Shown here: positions 1 through 13,879 of the stretch, piece by piece
Layout: each line of letters opens with the position of its first letter
Position numbering within the stretch: the first letter of the stretch is position 1
Origin: Octopus vulgaris
Taxonomy: Eukaryota
Length of the DNA: 64,000 nucleotides
Direction: 5' to 3'
Assembly (NCBI GenBank): GCA_951406725.2
Contig: OX597814.1
Coordinates: 203,918,001-203,982,000 of the forward strand
Position numbers and translations under genes: made by a program
Notes under the pieces: model-generated
What the model was told of the DNA's origin: nothing
The model's database searches: none
The model's input: only the letters and a program-made list of their open reading frames with translations

Positions 1-2337
1 AAGTCTGAAGAGAATGCTTTCAAAAGAATTTGAAACTATTCCAGGAAAGCAAATGACAGTTGCTGCTGATAGGACTCTATAAGAGAGGTCCCTGAGGACT
101 CTAGTCCTACAACTCCCATGAACAGTGGGTAGAGATAATGGATTTACAAGACATTATGGGAGAAAAAGACTATGATTTTACTACACCACATTGGGGCAGT
201 AGAAGGTAGCTATGAAATATTCCAAAGAGAATCCATAAATGGTATTTAAAAGAATGGATTTTTAGAAGAAAGGTCCAAAACTGTAGTAATTTACATACAA
301 GAAGTGAAACATCAACAAACTTCCGTTTAAAATTAGTTTCTAACATTAGCACAAGGTCACTGAGTGAAATCAGTCTCAATATTTGATTTGATCAATAAAC
401 AAAATTTACCTCACTGGGATTTAAGGCTGACAAAATTTATCTCACTGGTATTTGAGCTCATAACATGAAAAGATGTAACTAAATGCTACAAGCCCTTACG
501 GTTCCGTCAATCTACCATTCCACTTATAGATGCCTTTGATGAGAATCCAATAAGATTTGAGATCGATTAAGGTTGTTCATCAGATTTTCAGTCTATGGAG
601 AAACAGCTAAATCAGTCTTGTTTATAAAGGTATTATAAAGGTTACATATAACAAAACCTTACACTGTTTGGTAAAACATGTCAGAATTGTTAAATCCCCA
701 GAAATGTTGGTAGACGTGATAACTATTGTAAGGTGATAGTCAATGATATATATGTATAGTGACTATATAGGTGATAACAGAATAAGGGGTTATGTACATC
801 AGTGCATTAATGTTAATACAGAAAAATAATGAATAAATTCACTAATATCAGTTAGGTGGGTATAATGAGAAAATATTCTTTTTGTCAATATAATTGACAA
901 TGAAAATAGCTTAAAGATTTAGAGAGAAACAAAAGCTGGAAGAGGTAACCCCTATCAGAGGGTCTCAATCATTAAAGAGTCTAAAAAGCAAGGATTTGAA
1001 AGTTCGATCTTTCCTTAAAAAAACACATTTATATAAGAGTAAGAGGAATGAATTAGCATACTAATTGACATTGAAATAAAGCTAATTGGAATTGCTTGTA
1101 TTTTCTTCAGCAGTGGAGACAAAGTAGGTATTAAAAAGTAAGTGAGAATAAGAGAGAGGTGACAGCAAATTCGTAATTCATTGTAGATGTAAAGTTGTGC
1201 AACTGAACAATGTATTTCACTCTGTCTTAGGCAATGATAGTAACCCTTCTGTTACTATATTTCTATTGAAATACACTGTCTTTGTTTCAATTAATTTTGA
1301 ATATAATGAAGAATTAAGTGAAATAACCTTGCTTTATTAAGCTGGTGTTTGAAACACAACATGAAATTTTAAAGAAAAGTCATAATTCTGATCACTTTTA
1401 ACATAGAGAGTTTATATTGTAGAGCCAGAAACAGACGAAGGGTTAAAACATGGGCTGTAATGAGCCGCCAAGGGTGGCTCTACATGACTGTTCTATTACT
1501 AAGAATCATATACTATCATCTTTTTAAAAATAAAAAAAGAAAAATGACAAAGTTGTTTAGTTTATACTGGAGTATTACATTTTTTTTTTGTTTTTTTTTT
1601 TGTAAAAATATCTAAAAAAACAATGAGCTAAGAAGCAGAAGTTATAAAATTATGATTTATAAAAGTGTCAATAGAATTACTGATGAAAAGCATTTAATCT
1701 AGTGAAAATGTTAAATATTACCAAATAAAATTCACATTAAACTTTTAATGATTTTCAAATTTACATTTGATTAATCGTTAATAAGTTATTGATTAAAACT
1801 CTCTGGTTTAATTGGGTTTTTTTATGGCTTCACAGAGGATAAAGAATAGCATCCATTGACTTTCGGGGGCATCAAAGAATGGTGGACATGGAGAAGAAGC
1901 TATGGTTCATTGATTCTATAGCAGGAAGAAATACATTAGAACTGGAGAATAGATAAAAGAATAAAGGGTTACACTTGTCCTCATAGCTGGGGGGGGGGGT
2001 GATAGCCACAGGCATGACCACCACCACTCACCACACACTACAGTCCCTGCTGCAGCTGTACACTTCATCAGAATCTTTCCCATCCATTCCTTGATGTCAC
2101 CATTCTACTATCTTTGTCACCTGTGGCATGAACCTGCTTCCTATCCATCCACCCCCTGAAAATGTGTCAATGGAGACCTCAAATCAACATGCACACACAT
2201 AAAATGGGCATGCTCTATTTCCCAATTCCACTGATAAAACCTTGGTTGATCTGAAGCTATAGAAGACAACTCTTGATGCTCAAAAGGCCATACGATTGTA
2301 AAGCAAGCTTCATAACCATAGAGCCATACTTGTGCAT

Positions 2338-2920
2338 CATCATCATTTTAGCATTCAGTTTTCCTTGCTTGCATGGGTCAGATGGAATTTGTTGAGGCAG
2401 ATTTTCTGCGGCTGGATGCCCTTCCTAACCCTCATCTAATTCCAAGCAAGGCGATATTTCTTCATGGTCAGAAATATTTTTCAGAGAAGTCTGGAAACAA
2501 ACACCACTTGCATGATGGTGGTACATATTTACAACCATCAGATATTCTTTTCTACTCTAGGCACAAGGCCCCAATTTTTTTTTTTTTTGGGGGGGGGGCA
2601 GTCGATTAGATTGACCCCAGTATGCAACTGGCACTTAATTTATTGATCCCAGTATGCAACTGGGGATGAAAAGTAAAGCTGACCTCAGCAGAATTTGAAC
2701 TCAAAACATAAAGACAGATGACATACTACTAAGCATTTCTCCCAGCATGCTAGTGTTCCTGCCAGCTCACCACCTTACAACCATCAGATATTGTCAAGAC
2801 AAGGGTACACACAAATACACGTCTACCAAATCCACTCACAATGCTTTGTTCAGCTTGGGGCTATAGTAAAAGACCCTTGCCCAAAGTACCACACAGGTGT
2901 ATTACCTAAAACCACCTGGA
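2338..2920 (-). mobile_element. SINE family B (same tRNA head, RTE-like 3' tail) with a nested family C SINE
   Basis: (cat)n tail, gcatgggtcagatggaatttgttgaggcagatttt, tctaccaaatccactcac. Similar copies at ~5890-6290(-), 19815-20225(+), 21655-22930(-), 29670-30160(+), 52205-52580(-), 62213-62560(+). Confidence 0.75.
2547..2774 (-). mobile_element. SINE family C with 18-bp TSD
   Basis: TSD ttacaaccatcagatatt at 2529-2546 and 2775-2792. Head ggtggtgagctggcagg on the minus strand. Confidence 0.8.
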
Positions 2921-3720
2921 CACATCATTATGATGCTTCATGGAGTTATTAGGTGTTCCAGGTTTTTCAACACCTGACACCCTCAGGATTGCCCCAGGTT
3001 GTATCTAGTTAATGCTACCGCTTCCACAGTTTGCACCTCCTCATCCACAGCCACCTTGAGGCGGCCTCCATACCCAACTTGATTGTCTTCTGCCTACTGG
3101 CCCGCAGTGATGTCCACTATGTTTAGAAGAACCTAATTTTCTAAACAAAACAATAATATATTTAGGTGATCAAACTGAGAAATAAATATCATAGAATTAA
3201 TTAAGCTATATTCTATTTTGGAATGGTAATTTTTTCTCCAATAGTTAATTAAAACTAATTAGTGTGAAACGCCAACATAAAAATAACACGCAACAATGAA
3301 CTACTTCAAAGTAGGGCACTCCATTTCCGGCACTCAACTATTTCAATTGTTTACAGTATTTAATATTCAGATCAGAAATGAAAAGGAACATGGTAATGGA
3401 ATTTTGGGAAGAATCTTACAGTGAAAAAATTTTTAAATAAAAACAAAAAAAAAAAAAAAGAAAGAAAGAAAAGAAAAATTAAAATACAGCTTTAATGTGT
3501 CATTAGTGTTTTCATATTTTCTGTGCAGGTTTCTGAGTGGCTTAGTTACTGTCTGGTTGATGTTATTTTGAAGAAGAAATAAAAAAAAACTTTAAGCTTG
3601 ACATTATGCAAATGATCACGTAAACATTTTTTCCCAATGGGATTTGGTATATCTCGTAACCTACTATGTTAACAAAACTCAAATTCTGCTTATCTCTTGC
3701 AAAACATAACATTCCACTTT

Positions 3721-3723
<3 letters not shown>

Positions 3724-3773
<50 letters not shown>

Positions 3774-3776
3774 TAT
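3724..3776. repeat. (TA)n microsatellite
   Basis: Perfect TA run. Others at 7681-7715, 15877-15908, 39859-39894. Confidence 0.95.
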
Positions 3777-6700
3777 GCACACACATCCATATAACACATT
3801 GCATATGTTATGATTAGCTATCTCCAATGGCCTTCTCTCTTGGAAATCCAATACAGTGTCTGAAGATATAACTAAGCAAGATAACCATTTGCATTAATCT
3901 TAATCTGATTTTCGTTAGTTTGGGGAAGGAAAAAAAATTCTTGGTTGTTTAGATGGTGATTTGCAGAGAAGAGAAAATCAAAAATGCAAGATCAGTTTTT
4001 TATTTTTTTAAGACAAAACTTTCTACTGACTAAAATCTTGATGAAAACAAAAAGTCTCAAAAATGTATTCAACAACTATGTTATATACAAAAACAAAAAA
4101 CCAGAAAAATCTAACTTGCTGGAATTGTTATTGATGAAATAGAGAAACAAATTTGCCAAAAAAAAAAAAATTTAATTTTTAATGTTAAACCTGTTGATTT
4201 CTTTTTGCTTTTGCATGTTAAATTCTAAATCATTGCTGAGAATATTTTTACCTGTCTATAGACTTATAAAGAATGTTTTTTAAAAAAATGTATGCACATT
4301 AATCTGTCTCCTGATATTTGTTTTTAAAAAAGTCATTTTTAATATTTCAATAAAGATTTAAAATAAGCAGCAGCGTAACTGTCTTCAATGCTGCCTTCAT
4401 AAAAAGTACTTTTCATTGTTAAGCTTTTATTGTTAAGCATTGAGGTTTCAAACAGAACACAAGTATTGTTGACAGTGCCATTAACCCTTATGATACCAAC
4501 CAGCCTGGTTCTCTGCTACAAATTTCCTGTTCTAAAGTGAGCTTCATTAGACACTTTCCATCAACATTTTTGGCTAATTTACATTCCAGACAACAGCATA
4601 ATAATGATAAAAATTATTCTAATAATTTCTTTATTATTTTCATAATTAATAGAAATAAAGACTGTGTTTCACCAGAAATATGATAAATAACTGGGTTAAG
4701 AACATTATATGTAGTAAAAACAAAAGAAAACATTTTAAAAATTATAAAAAGACATAAGTTGAAAAATAAAAAAATGGGAAGTTTAAATTCTATTTTTTAT
4801 AGATTTCAAAAAAAAAAGGGAAGTTGCTATTCAGTGGAATAAAATGAAATGATGCTAACTTTTATTCCTGTAATTTATCATCAAAATAATTTTCATGTTT
4901 GCTTGATGCCCATTTCCTCCATACTAGCAGTGGACAAAAGCCAGATGCCCTTTCAGTTGCTAACCCTTATCTGTTTTACAAGATAAGGAGATTTTTTTTA
5001 ATACTACACGTCTTTGAATGTTGTTGACTGGGAATATCAACAAACATCAGTCTTTTTTTTTTTGTTTATTTTAAGGCTCTAAACTTTTCACACAAAGCAA
5101 AGAATGTATATGCACAAACAGAAATACATTTACACACAAGTGTGTGTGTGTGTGTTGATGTCCACTTTGGCACCTCATCACCACTATCTTTATCTCTTCC
5201 TAGTTCCACCCTTTCTTCTATAATGTGAGCAGCTGTGTAGCTCCCCTGCAGCATAAACTTGCTCTGGACCATTCTCTCTCATTTTAACCCCTCATTTCAC
5301 TTGGAGTTTGTAGTCTTGCAAGTGGTATAGTAACCTTTAAAAAAATGCATCAAGTACACATTGTTAATAGGTTGGCATCAGAAAGAGCATCCAGCCATAG
5401 AAACCATGCCAAAGCAGGTGGAACCATCATATCCTATGAAACTGTTGAACCCATGCCAACACAGAACATAGATGCTAAATGATGAGGACCGCACACACAC
5501 ATAAGACAGTTTCTGTCTATTAATTTCACTCTAGTCTAAGGCTACAAGACATTAGCTTAAAGTGCTATGCAGTGGAATAGAACTCAAGCCCATGTGGTAA
5601 CAAAGCAAACTTCATATCCATGCAGCCATGTCTGTAACTGGCTATGAATGGGAAATTAAAATTTCTGAAAGTAACAGCACAGAATCTAAAGAAAATTAGC
5701 AGTCTTTTGCAATTGCTACTATCAATGTTTTGTAGGATTATATTAAAGGGATTTGGTGCTAAAGTAATGAAATTAAGATGTGGAAAAGATAGGTAGGATT
5801 TCAAAAAGAAGTGGAAATAAAAAAGTTATTGAATGCAATAAAACAATCTAATGGATATGTGTGTGAATTTAAAAGATAGATTGTACTGAAATCATCATCA
5901 TCATTTTAACATCCACTTTTCCATGCTTGCAGAGATCAGATGGAATTAACTGAGGCAGATTTAATACAGTCAGATATCCTTCCTGTTACCAACCTTCACA
6001 TCTTTCCAAGTGAGGTAATATTTTTCCTTGACCAGAAATGTTTCTCATGAAAAGCTGTAAATGCACAACATTGCTTATATGACAATAATGCTTGTCTACA
6101 ATTATCACAGACTTTCAAAATGAGGGTACGGACAAACACACACACACAATGGGCTTCTTTCAGTTTCTATCAATCAAATCTACTGACAAGGGTTTCGTCA
6201 GCTAAGGTTTTGGCATAAGACACTTACCCAAGATGCCAGACAATGGAATTGAACCCGAAACCACATGCTTGGGAAGTGAACTACTCAACTCAAAAGAGAA
6301 ATATTTAATAGTGTAAGAAAGCATTCTATGGTAATGTGAACCTGAAAAATGAGTAACACATCAAGAGCTGATAAAGGTTAATCACATGATCACCATGTGA
6401 CCAACCAGACTATCAGATGTTGTTTACATTGCACTTTGTGTCATTTTAGCCTTTGAATGATGCCACCACACTGGCTAGGTAAGGGACTGGACAAATGAGA
6501 AAAAAATGTTTTGCTCAAGAACACAACATACCATCTGGTCTGCAAATTGAACCCATTATCTAATGACTGTGAGTGTAACAGCTTAACCTCTAGGCCATGT
6601 GCCTTCACAATAAAGGCTAATATTGAATATAAAACAAAGAAAATACCAAAGTTCTGATCGGTGCAAATAGATCTGAAGAACTGGGGTAGCTGATGTGTGA

Positions 6701-7677
6701 TTAAATTTGAGGTTTTACAGGTTTAATACCATCATGAAATGATATACAATCTGATTATCATTCTATATAACAGCAGATATAAATATTGGTTGGTTGGATG
6801 AGAGAGGAGAAAGAGACACAAAAAAAAAGAGAACATATACTAGACTTGGTGATAGGCAATGAGTAAATAAGCACCACATGTGCACACACGCAGAATCACA
6901 GAAAAAGAGGAGGAAAGTGTGTAAGTGAGTGAGTGAGTGTAAATATATATTTTGGGAGAGGGGTTGATGTCTAATGGTGAACTCCCTTAATATAAAATCA
7001 GCATGGAATATAGTTTTGCTTTCAACTTTTTTTCTTTTTAATTTTTGAATACTGTTATTTTTTTAAAATTTCATTTTAATTTCATCATTTTGTCTATAAG
7101 TAGCAAGAAATTTGATAAAAGTTGAATTATTGTATGCTTTAAGCCTTATTTCCTGATATTGCCCATGATGGTCAAAATATACTTCTAAAGTTACTCATGA
7201 TGATATGAGTAACACGATTCTATAATCTTCAGATTTTACACTGAAAATATACTTGAGACTTCAAATCAAAAAAGTAATCAGAATATATGTTTATATAATC
7301 AACTATAAATTATATTCAGTGAAATTTGAGTGAAAAATTACCATTTTGTTTGATGCATGAAAGATTTTTACATTAATTATAACTATATCAATGGAGGGGA
7401 AAAAAACATTTGTTTTTAAAGATGGATTGATGATAAATGACTGAATGAATGGTAATCTTAACCTTTAAAAAAATGTTTGTTTAAGGTTTAAATTAAGAAA
7501 CAACTATCTTTAATTTTTATCTTAATTACTGCTCACATGATTGAGATTAACTATTTCTCTCTCCCACCCATCAGGTAACAAAAATAAGCTATTTTTAATG
7601 CCCAATGCTCCCTCCTGTATTCAATTACATCTACTCTTATTAAAGAGACTCCAGGGTTGGAACCAAGGGAGATAGAG

Positions 7678-7717
<40 letters not shown>

Positions 7718-8468
7718 AATGAGGAGACACCATGAATATAGAAAGATTTGCCCTACACAGGTGTAAACCTAAATGAAATACATGTAATAGAAATTCTATT
7801 TTGTGATAAACCCTTCAAGTTCGCAAAGTTAAATTTAATACTAAATCCCTTTTATCAAAATCAACAAAGTGCAACATCAGTTCCTTAGTTTGATAGAAAT
7901 AGAATGAAAACTAAGCAAATTCTAATGTTGTTCGTAGAATAATTGCTTTTAGCAAACAAATAACACAAATACTGAATTACATTTCAAGATTATTTGTAAC
8001 GTTGAAGAAAAACTAGAATTCTTATGCTTACATAAAGTAATTAGATTAATTTCATTTATTTACACTGTAATTGGTTTTACTTAACATTATTTCACGGAAG
8101 GCAAGTGGCTTAGTGGTTAGAGTGCTGGGCTCAATTCCTGGAATGAGTAATGTCACATGTCTGAGTGAGGCACTTCATTTCAAATTGCACTAGTCTACTC
8201 AGCTGTAAATGGGCACCAACTGAATGCTAGTACATTCTCTTCCGCCCAACACCATATGCTCAATGTTCTATTAAATCAAGGATGATTCAGCATGGTTTAT
8301 TATTGTCATGCCTGGGATGAGAAAGCATATATGTCTGCTCACAACTACATCAATACCTACAACAATTAGAGAAAGCATTGAGACCAGTTACTTAACCATA
8401 CTGAAACAGAGGTGATGGCTGGTTCTACTTTATAGATTTCAATTAGTTTTCAAGAGAACAAGGTCTAT

Positions 8469-9085
8469 CATCATCATTTACCATCCATCTCCCATAATGG
8501 CATTGGCTGAACATAGACAAAACCCTATGAGCTGCAGGACTGCTTCAGTCGCCAGTGTTTGATTTGACATAACTGAAAGCCTTTGCTGATGCCAACCACT
8601 TTACAGACATACTGGGTGTGTTTTTCTTTTTTTTGAGACACCAGTGAAGTCACTGACTTCCAAGACAACTGAGTGAGTGAGGATCAAAGTCGGGAGGGAG
8701 GTGGATTTATGCCAGGTGTTGAGAGGCTAAAAGTATGACAGGGGGACAGGCGTAGTTGTCCTTGTTAAAAAGGAGATACATAGCTATCCTCCACTATGTC
8801 ATATAAACGTGGGTGGGAGTAGGTAGAAAGAAGAGAATGATGATGGTGATGAGGTGTCAGAGAGTAGTCTCAAGATACAAGAGGGTGAACATAGAAAAAA
8901 ATATGGACAAAGAATTGGGAAGAGCGGATGGCTATAGGAAAATGTAGTGAATAGAATAAGGGTGGAGATGTGGTTGGTGATAAATATCAGCATGGCAAGA
9001 GGGAAGGTGAAAGACTAGGAACTGCTCAGGAAGAAGGAGGTAATAAGTTGATAAGAGGCAGTACAGGAAGGGAGGAAAGCAAGGA
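8469..9085 (-). mobile_element. Degenerate retroelement 3' fragment with RTE-like tail and a long purine/pyrimidine-skewed segment
   Basis: Begins catcatttaccatcc...gccaaccactttacaga...gtgttgagaggctaaaagtatga. Related copies at ~17748-18400, 46497-47200 and 62570-63040 (opposite strand). Confidence 0.55.
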
Positions 9086-10411
9086 AACTTTAAGAAGAAG
9101 AAGAAAAATTAGATAAATAAATAAGTTTTATAGGAAAACTTCTATTTGACATATTTATCGTTAGAGAAATTAACAACCAGCAGCTAAAAACTCTTCTTGA
9201 TAGCTTAATACTGGTTGCTTTTAAGTCTCTTCAGTTTAGCACAAAATGGCAGCAGCTTGTTGTGATTGGCTGACATTTCTAAATCAATGAACACACAGAC
9301 ATTATCTGTCCTGTCAAAGCAAATCATTTAGCTTCAATGAATTCTCCAAGTTCAAATTATTCCTTTTCATCTCATTAATGTCTGTGGCTGTGTTATAAAG
9401 ACACATCCATACACTTCTTCATTATAACCACCAATGCAGCCAGCATATACAGTACTATCTTTTCCATTTAATCCTCGTTGACATAATGGCTATTGTTGAA
9501 AATGTCTAAATCTACATAACCCTACTGAGCATCTGGTTAGGGGTTTGTTTTGTTTTTGACGCCATATAATCCATTTGTCTTATTTGCACAAACATTTATG
9601 CAAATCATAAAACGCCAGACTTGTGATATTCTATAATAACTCCCTTACATAATCAACAAGTCCAGTTTTAAATATAGAAATGTAAATTGAATATATAGAC
9701 AATTAAATGGGTGTTTGAATATAGAAATTAAAAATAATACTGGTATTGCAATATTGTTGATGTTCCAAAATATTTTATTCAATAATAATAAATATATGTG
9801 AAAGTTATCCATAAAAAATATATCTGCAAGGATTCGTTATTAACAAAAACCCATATTCATATTTTAATATCTCTTTTAGATTATACACACACACACACGT
9901 ATGTATGTATGTATCAGAATATGCTTGCTAATGAAGATTGTAAGCTAGCTTCATAAATGGAAGCCAGTTTAGCTAGTGCTACTTAATGATTCCTTACAGG
10001 TATGTCTACATATTGATGAATGTGTGTGTGTATCTGTGTGTGTGTGTGTGCATTCACACACGCATGCATGTATATGTAACAAGCAATCTACATAGCTCTG
10101 GCCTCTTTGATAGTAGGCAAGTTTATTAAGTGCAAAATTGGATACTAAGTAGATAAGGAAATGAAATGCAGCCAGGAGGTAAATTGCAGCCAATAAAATT
10201 ACTTCTATAAACTTTAGTCAATGCTTTCGAGCAATTACAGCAAAAGTGAGCAAAACCAAATGAAATTCATTAGAAAATTCTCCGTTTCAAATTATCTCCC
10301 TTATTAAATGTGGTTATTTCAGCTATGATATTACAGAATAATAAACCATGCTGAATGAGTTGAAGAATGTTTGTTTTGAAATTATTAACACTGTTAATAA
10401 TTACAGAAGGA

Positions 10412-10625
10412 TATTGAAGGTGGTAAGCTGGTAGAATCATTAGCACACTGGATGAGATACTTAGTTGCAATTTGTCTATCTGTTCTGTGTTCAAATTCTG
10501 CCATGGATGATTTTGCTTTTCATCCTTTCTGGGTTGATAAAATAAGTACCAGTTAAGCATTGGAGTCAATGTAATCAACTTACAACAGTCTCAAAATTGC
10601 TGACCTTGTGCCAAAATTAGAAACC
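10412..10625 (+). mobile_element. SINE family C with 16-bp TSD
   Basis: aataattWcagaagga at 10396-10411 and 10626-10641. Contains gttcaaattc (B-box-like) and ttttcatcctttctgggttgataaaataagtaccag. Confidence 0.8.
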
Positions 10626-11014
10626 AATAATTTCAGAAGGAGGTTATAACAAACAAAACCCTAATGACTAACCCTTTTGGTACCAGCCTGCCCAAGACTG
10701 CTCCTGCTTCTATGAAACAAAGCTTCCTGCTTTAACCCTTTAGTGTTCAGATTAATCTGTCAAATGTAATGCTTATTTCAAGTTATCTTGAATTATTCAG
10801 GTTCAAGAGGGGTGTTCACAATATTTGCTTGTAACTTTGTTAATTTTTTACATATCGATTTGAAATTTTGTCAGTGGGTGCTTGTATACCAGTGGTTTAT
10901 AGTTATGTGACTTTAGCTGATCTTTCTGATTAAATTTGACTTTTACGGGCAGGTAAATTTAATTAACAAGTTTAAAAGCAATAATATTATGGATAAACAC
11001 TAAAATTGAAATTA

Positions 11015-11230
11015 TTAACCCTTTCAATACCAACCCAGCTGAAACCAGCTCTGGCTCTGTAGTACAAATGTCTTATTTTCATAAGTTTTGAATTAAAATC
11101 TTAGTCACAATTTATGTTCCTAACACCAGCTTAATGATAACCAAGTTATTTTCCTCATTTTTTGGTTATATTTAAAATTAATTGAAAGAAACAGAGTATC
11201 TCACAATAAATATGGTAAGAAAAGGGTTAA
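11015..11230. mobile_element. piggyBac-like MITE family 1 (~210 bp)
   Basis: TTAA|CCCTTT...AAAGGG|TTAA. Related copies at ~1241-1447, 4481-4699, 23746-23937, 47767-47969, 48605-48815, 48940-49143, 60699-60845. Confidence 0.8.
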
Positions 11231-12894
11231 TACATCTAACCTGTTTGATTTGTTACTAAAATTATCCCAGATGTCAACCACCAACAATTTTGCCACTTTT
11301 CAAGATGAGGTACATTAACTTGAATTAATTAATTATTGCTCAAACATTCTCATAAATATCAATATTAGATTCATCCAAAGACAAATTGCTGTTGTTTTCA
11401 TTCATATTTTGTGCATCATCAAGAGAAAAACCTTCAATGTCAGAATCACTATTTGCTGATGCCATATCATTAAAAACTAAGATATACACTTCTCTTCAAA
11501 CATTGAAAAAAACCAAAGAAGTCCCGAAAATTTCATGATATTTTCACTTGAATAAAGGCGGGAAAGGTATTATCTTACATTATCTCAAAGCTACGAGAAT
11601 TCAATAACGTGATTGTTTTTTTTTTTTTTTTTTTTTTTTTTTTAGCGATTTCATAGAGGAATCAGATACGCCCAGATTTGGCTGGTTTAAACAAGTAAAG
11701 GGAAATTATTTTCAGCTGGTTTTCACCAATCTGAGCACCAAAGAGTTAAAGTGACCGAAATTAAAACCTTCCTTCAAAATTTCATGTGCATTTATGTTCC
11801 AAATACAAGATCAATAATGAAAAAAGTATTTTCCTAATTGGGTTGGATCATCTGACCGGAACTGATGGATCCAAGGACCATATCATGCTTCACTGTTTCC
11901 ATTATTTTCAGAATTAATGGAAACAAAGGAAGAGTGTTTTATTTTTGCATTTGGTTTGCAAGATTCTTTATGTGAACTTATGATTTGAAATGTATTTCGT
12001 TGAATTTTATGCCACTAATAAACATACACTGGCCCTATTTCACTTTTGTTATTTTTATTTGTCAATTTAACTATTTCACAAATTAACTAATCAATTGTTT
12101 GATTAATTATTCAGTTAATCAGTCAACTAGATTAGAACCAGTGCATGCATGCATTTAATGATGGCATAATGCCTCCCCTCTCTATACAACAAACAAGGAA
12201 GTGTAATTTCTACAAAAATATATTAATGAAAGAGTTAAAAGGAAAACATAAAATCAAAACAATTACAGATCTATTAATTCTTAACATGTCCCAGCAGATT
12301 TGAACATTTGCTTTTTGTCTTGAAAGATTGCCTGTCTCTATATAGGCAATCTTATGTTTGAAGTGTCTTGGTGACAAATATTCTCAGACAGAAGTAAGAG
12401 ATTTGTACATAAAGTGAAAAATAGTGCAAGAACAGAGTGAGTACAAAATTTTTTTAAATATCAAATTGAAAGAAACATGAGAAAAGAAAAAAAGCAGGAA
12501 ATTTTAAGGAATTTTTTTATTTATTTGGAATTGTGTGACAAATTGACATTTCTTAAAAGTAAAAACCAAGCATTTATCAGCTGACAGGTCATTTTTATCA
12601 AGAAGTGAGCCATAAGTTTAAAATTAGTTCCAAATGGTTCCTATTTATTATTGACTTTAATACTGAGATAAAAAGGATACCACACCTTTCTTATAAATTG
12701 TTGCCCTTTCACACATAAAGATAGATTCTAAAATGTAAGTGTAGTTTTGTCATATCATAACTAATGGAGCCTTGAGGTAAACTTTAGAAAGCTTCTAATA
12801 GAGAAATTGTAGATTCTAAAAAAAATGCATAAAGATAATTTTGAAATGGCGCCTTTTAATTTACATACTGCCATCACAGGAAAGACTTCTGAAT

Positions 12895-13146
12895 ACATAC
12901 ATGCATACACAAACAAATATGCACGTGTGTGTGTGTGTATGTATGTGTATGTATGTGTCTATATGTGTATATATATATGTGTGTATATGTAGATATGCAC
13001 ATACTTGTACACATATATATACATATACACACACATATCTACATATACACACACACACACATATATATATTTATATATATATACACATATAGACACATAC
13101 ATAAACATACACACACATATGTACACACACACACACATATATATAA
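12895..13146. repeat. Compound TG/TA/CA microsatellite
   Basis: Alternating purine-pyrimidine run. A similar block lies at 39617-39932. Confidence 0.9.
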
Positions 13147-13879
13147 CCACTTATATTATGACGTTCAGACCTCAAGGGTATGCCCTGGTACTTGCAACCA
13201 TCTATATCTCTCTCTTCCTTTACTCAACCATCCCATTTATATTCTGATCCTCGTTCCTTTCGAGTATGCTCGGCACTTTGCCACAATCACTATCTCCTGT
13301 CTCCCACTCTCTTTCTCCTTCTCCTTCTCCTGCACTTCCCTCAAGTTGGGTAGCCATGTATTTCCTTTGTAGCAGTGCACCTATTTCTGTCTTCATTCCT
13401 GATCTTTCTCACTCTCTCTCTCTCCGGTTGAGTAACCTTGTACCTCCTCTACAGCAAGACACCTGTTTCTGTCTCTCTGTCTCACTATAACCTTTCATCA
13501 TCTGACACAAGATCACTCCCTCCAATGCCCCTCCCCTCTCAAAAAAGATTTTTTTGCCTTCCAAGTACTTGGTGACCCTGTCAGTGCAGGTGCCACTTAA
13601 AAGTACCCAGTCCACACTGTAAAGTGGTTGGCATTTTGAAGGGTATCCAGCTGTAAAAATCTTGCCAAAACTGACCTCAACTACGCTTGTGCCACATAAA
13701 AATGCTAAGTCCACTCTGCTGAATGGTTGGTGTTAGGAAGGGCATCCAGCTGTAAAAATCCTGCCAAAACAGTCACAGAAGTCTGGTGCAGGCTTCTGTC
13801 TGGCTGGCTCTTGTCAAACCGTCCCACCCATGCCAGCATGGAAGATGGATGTTAAGCGATGATGATGAACAAGAAAGCT

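Noticed and set aside
1-400. Weak resemblance to a LINE endonuclease (..DFTTPHWGS..) and a CTGAAGA core-like word
   Set aside because: Too degenerate to support; no hammerhead stems around the motif.
6646-6762. Possible minus-strand exon (tatag|...TTG|gtattt)
   Set aside because: Stops in all frames and no catulin similarity.
12324-12353. 10-bp hairpin aagattgcct/aggcaatctt; also a 9-bp one at 7190-7213
   Set aside because: Short stems are expected by chance in 64 kb of AT-rich DNA.
12841-13372. Stack of 60-147-aa ORFs rich in C/V/Y/H/T/I
   Set aside because: Translations of stop-poor TG/TA/CA microsatellite; the same applies at 39541-39978 and 3563-3799.
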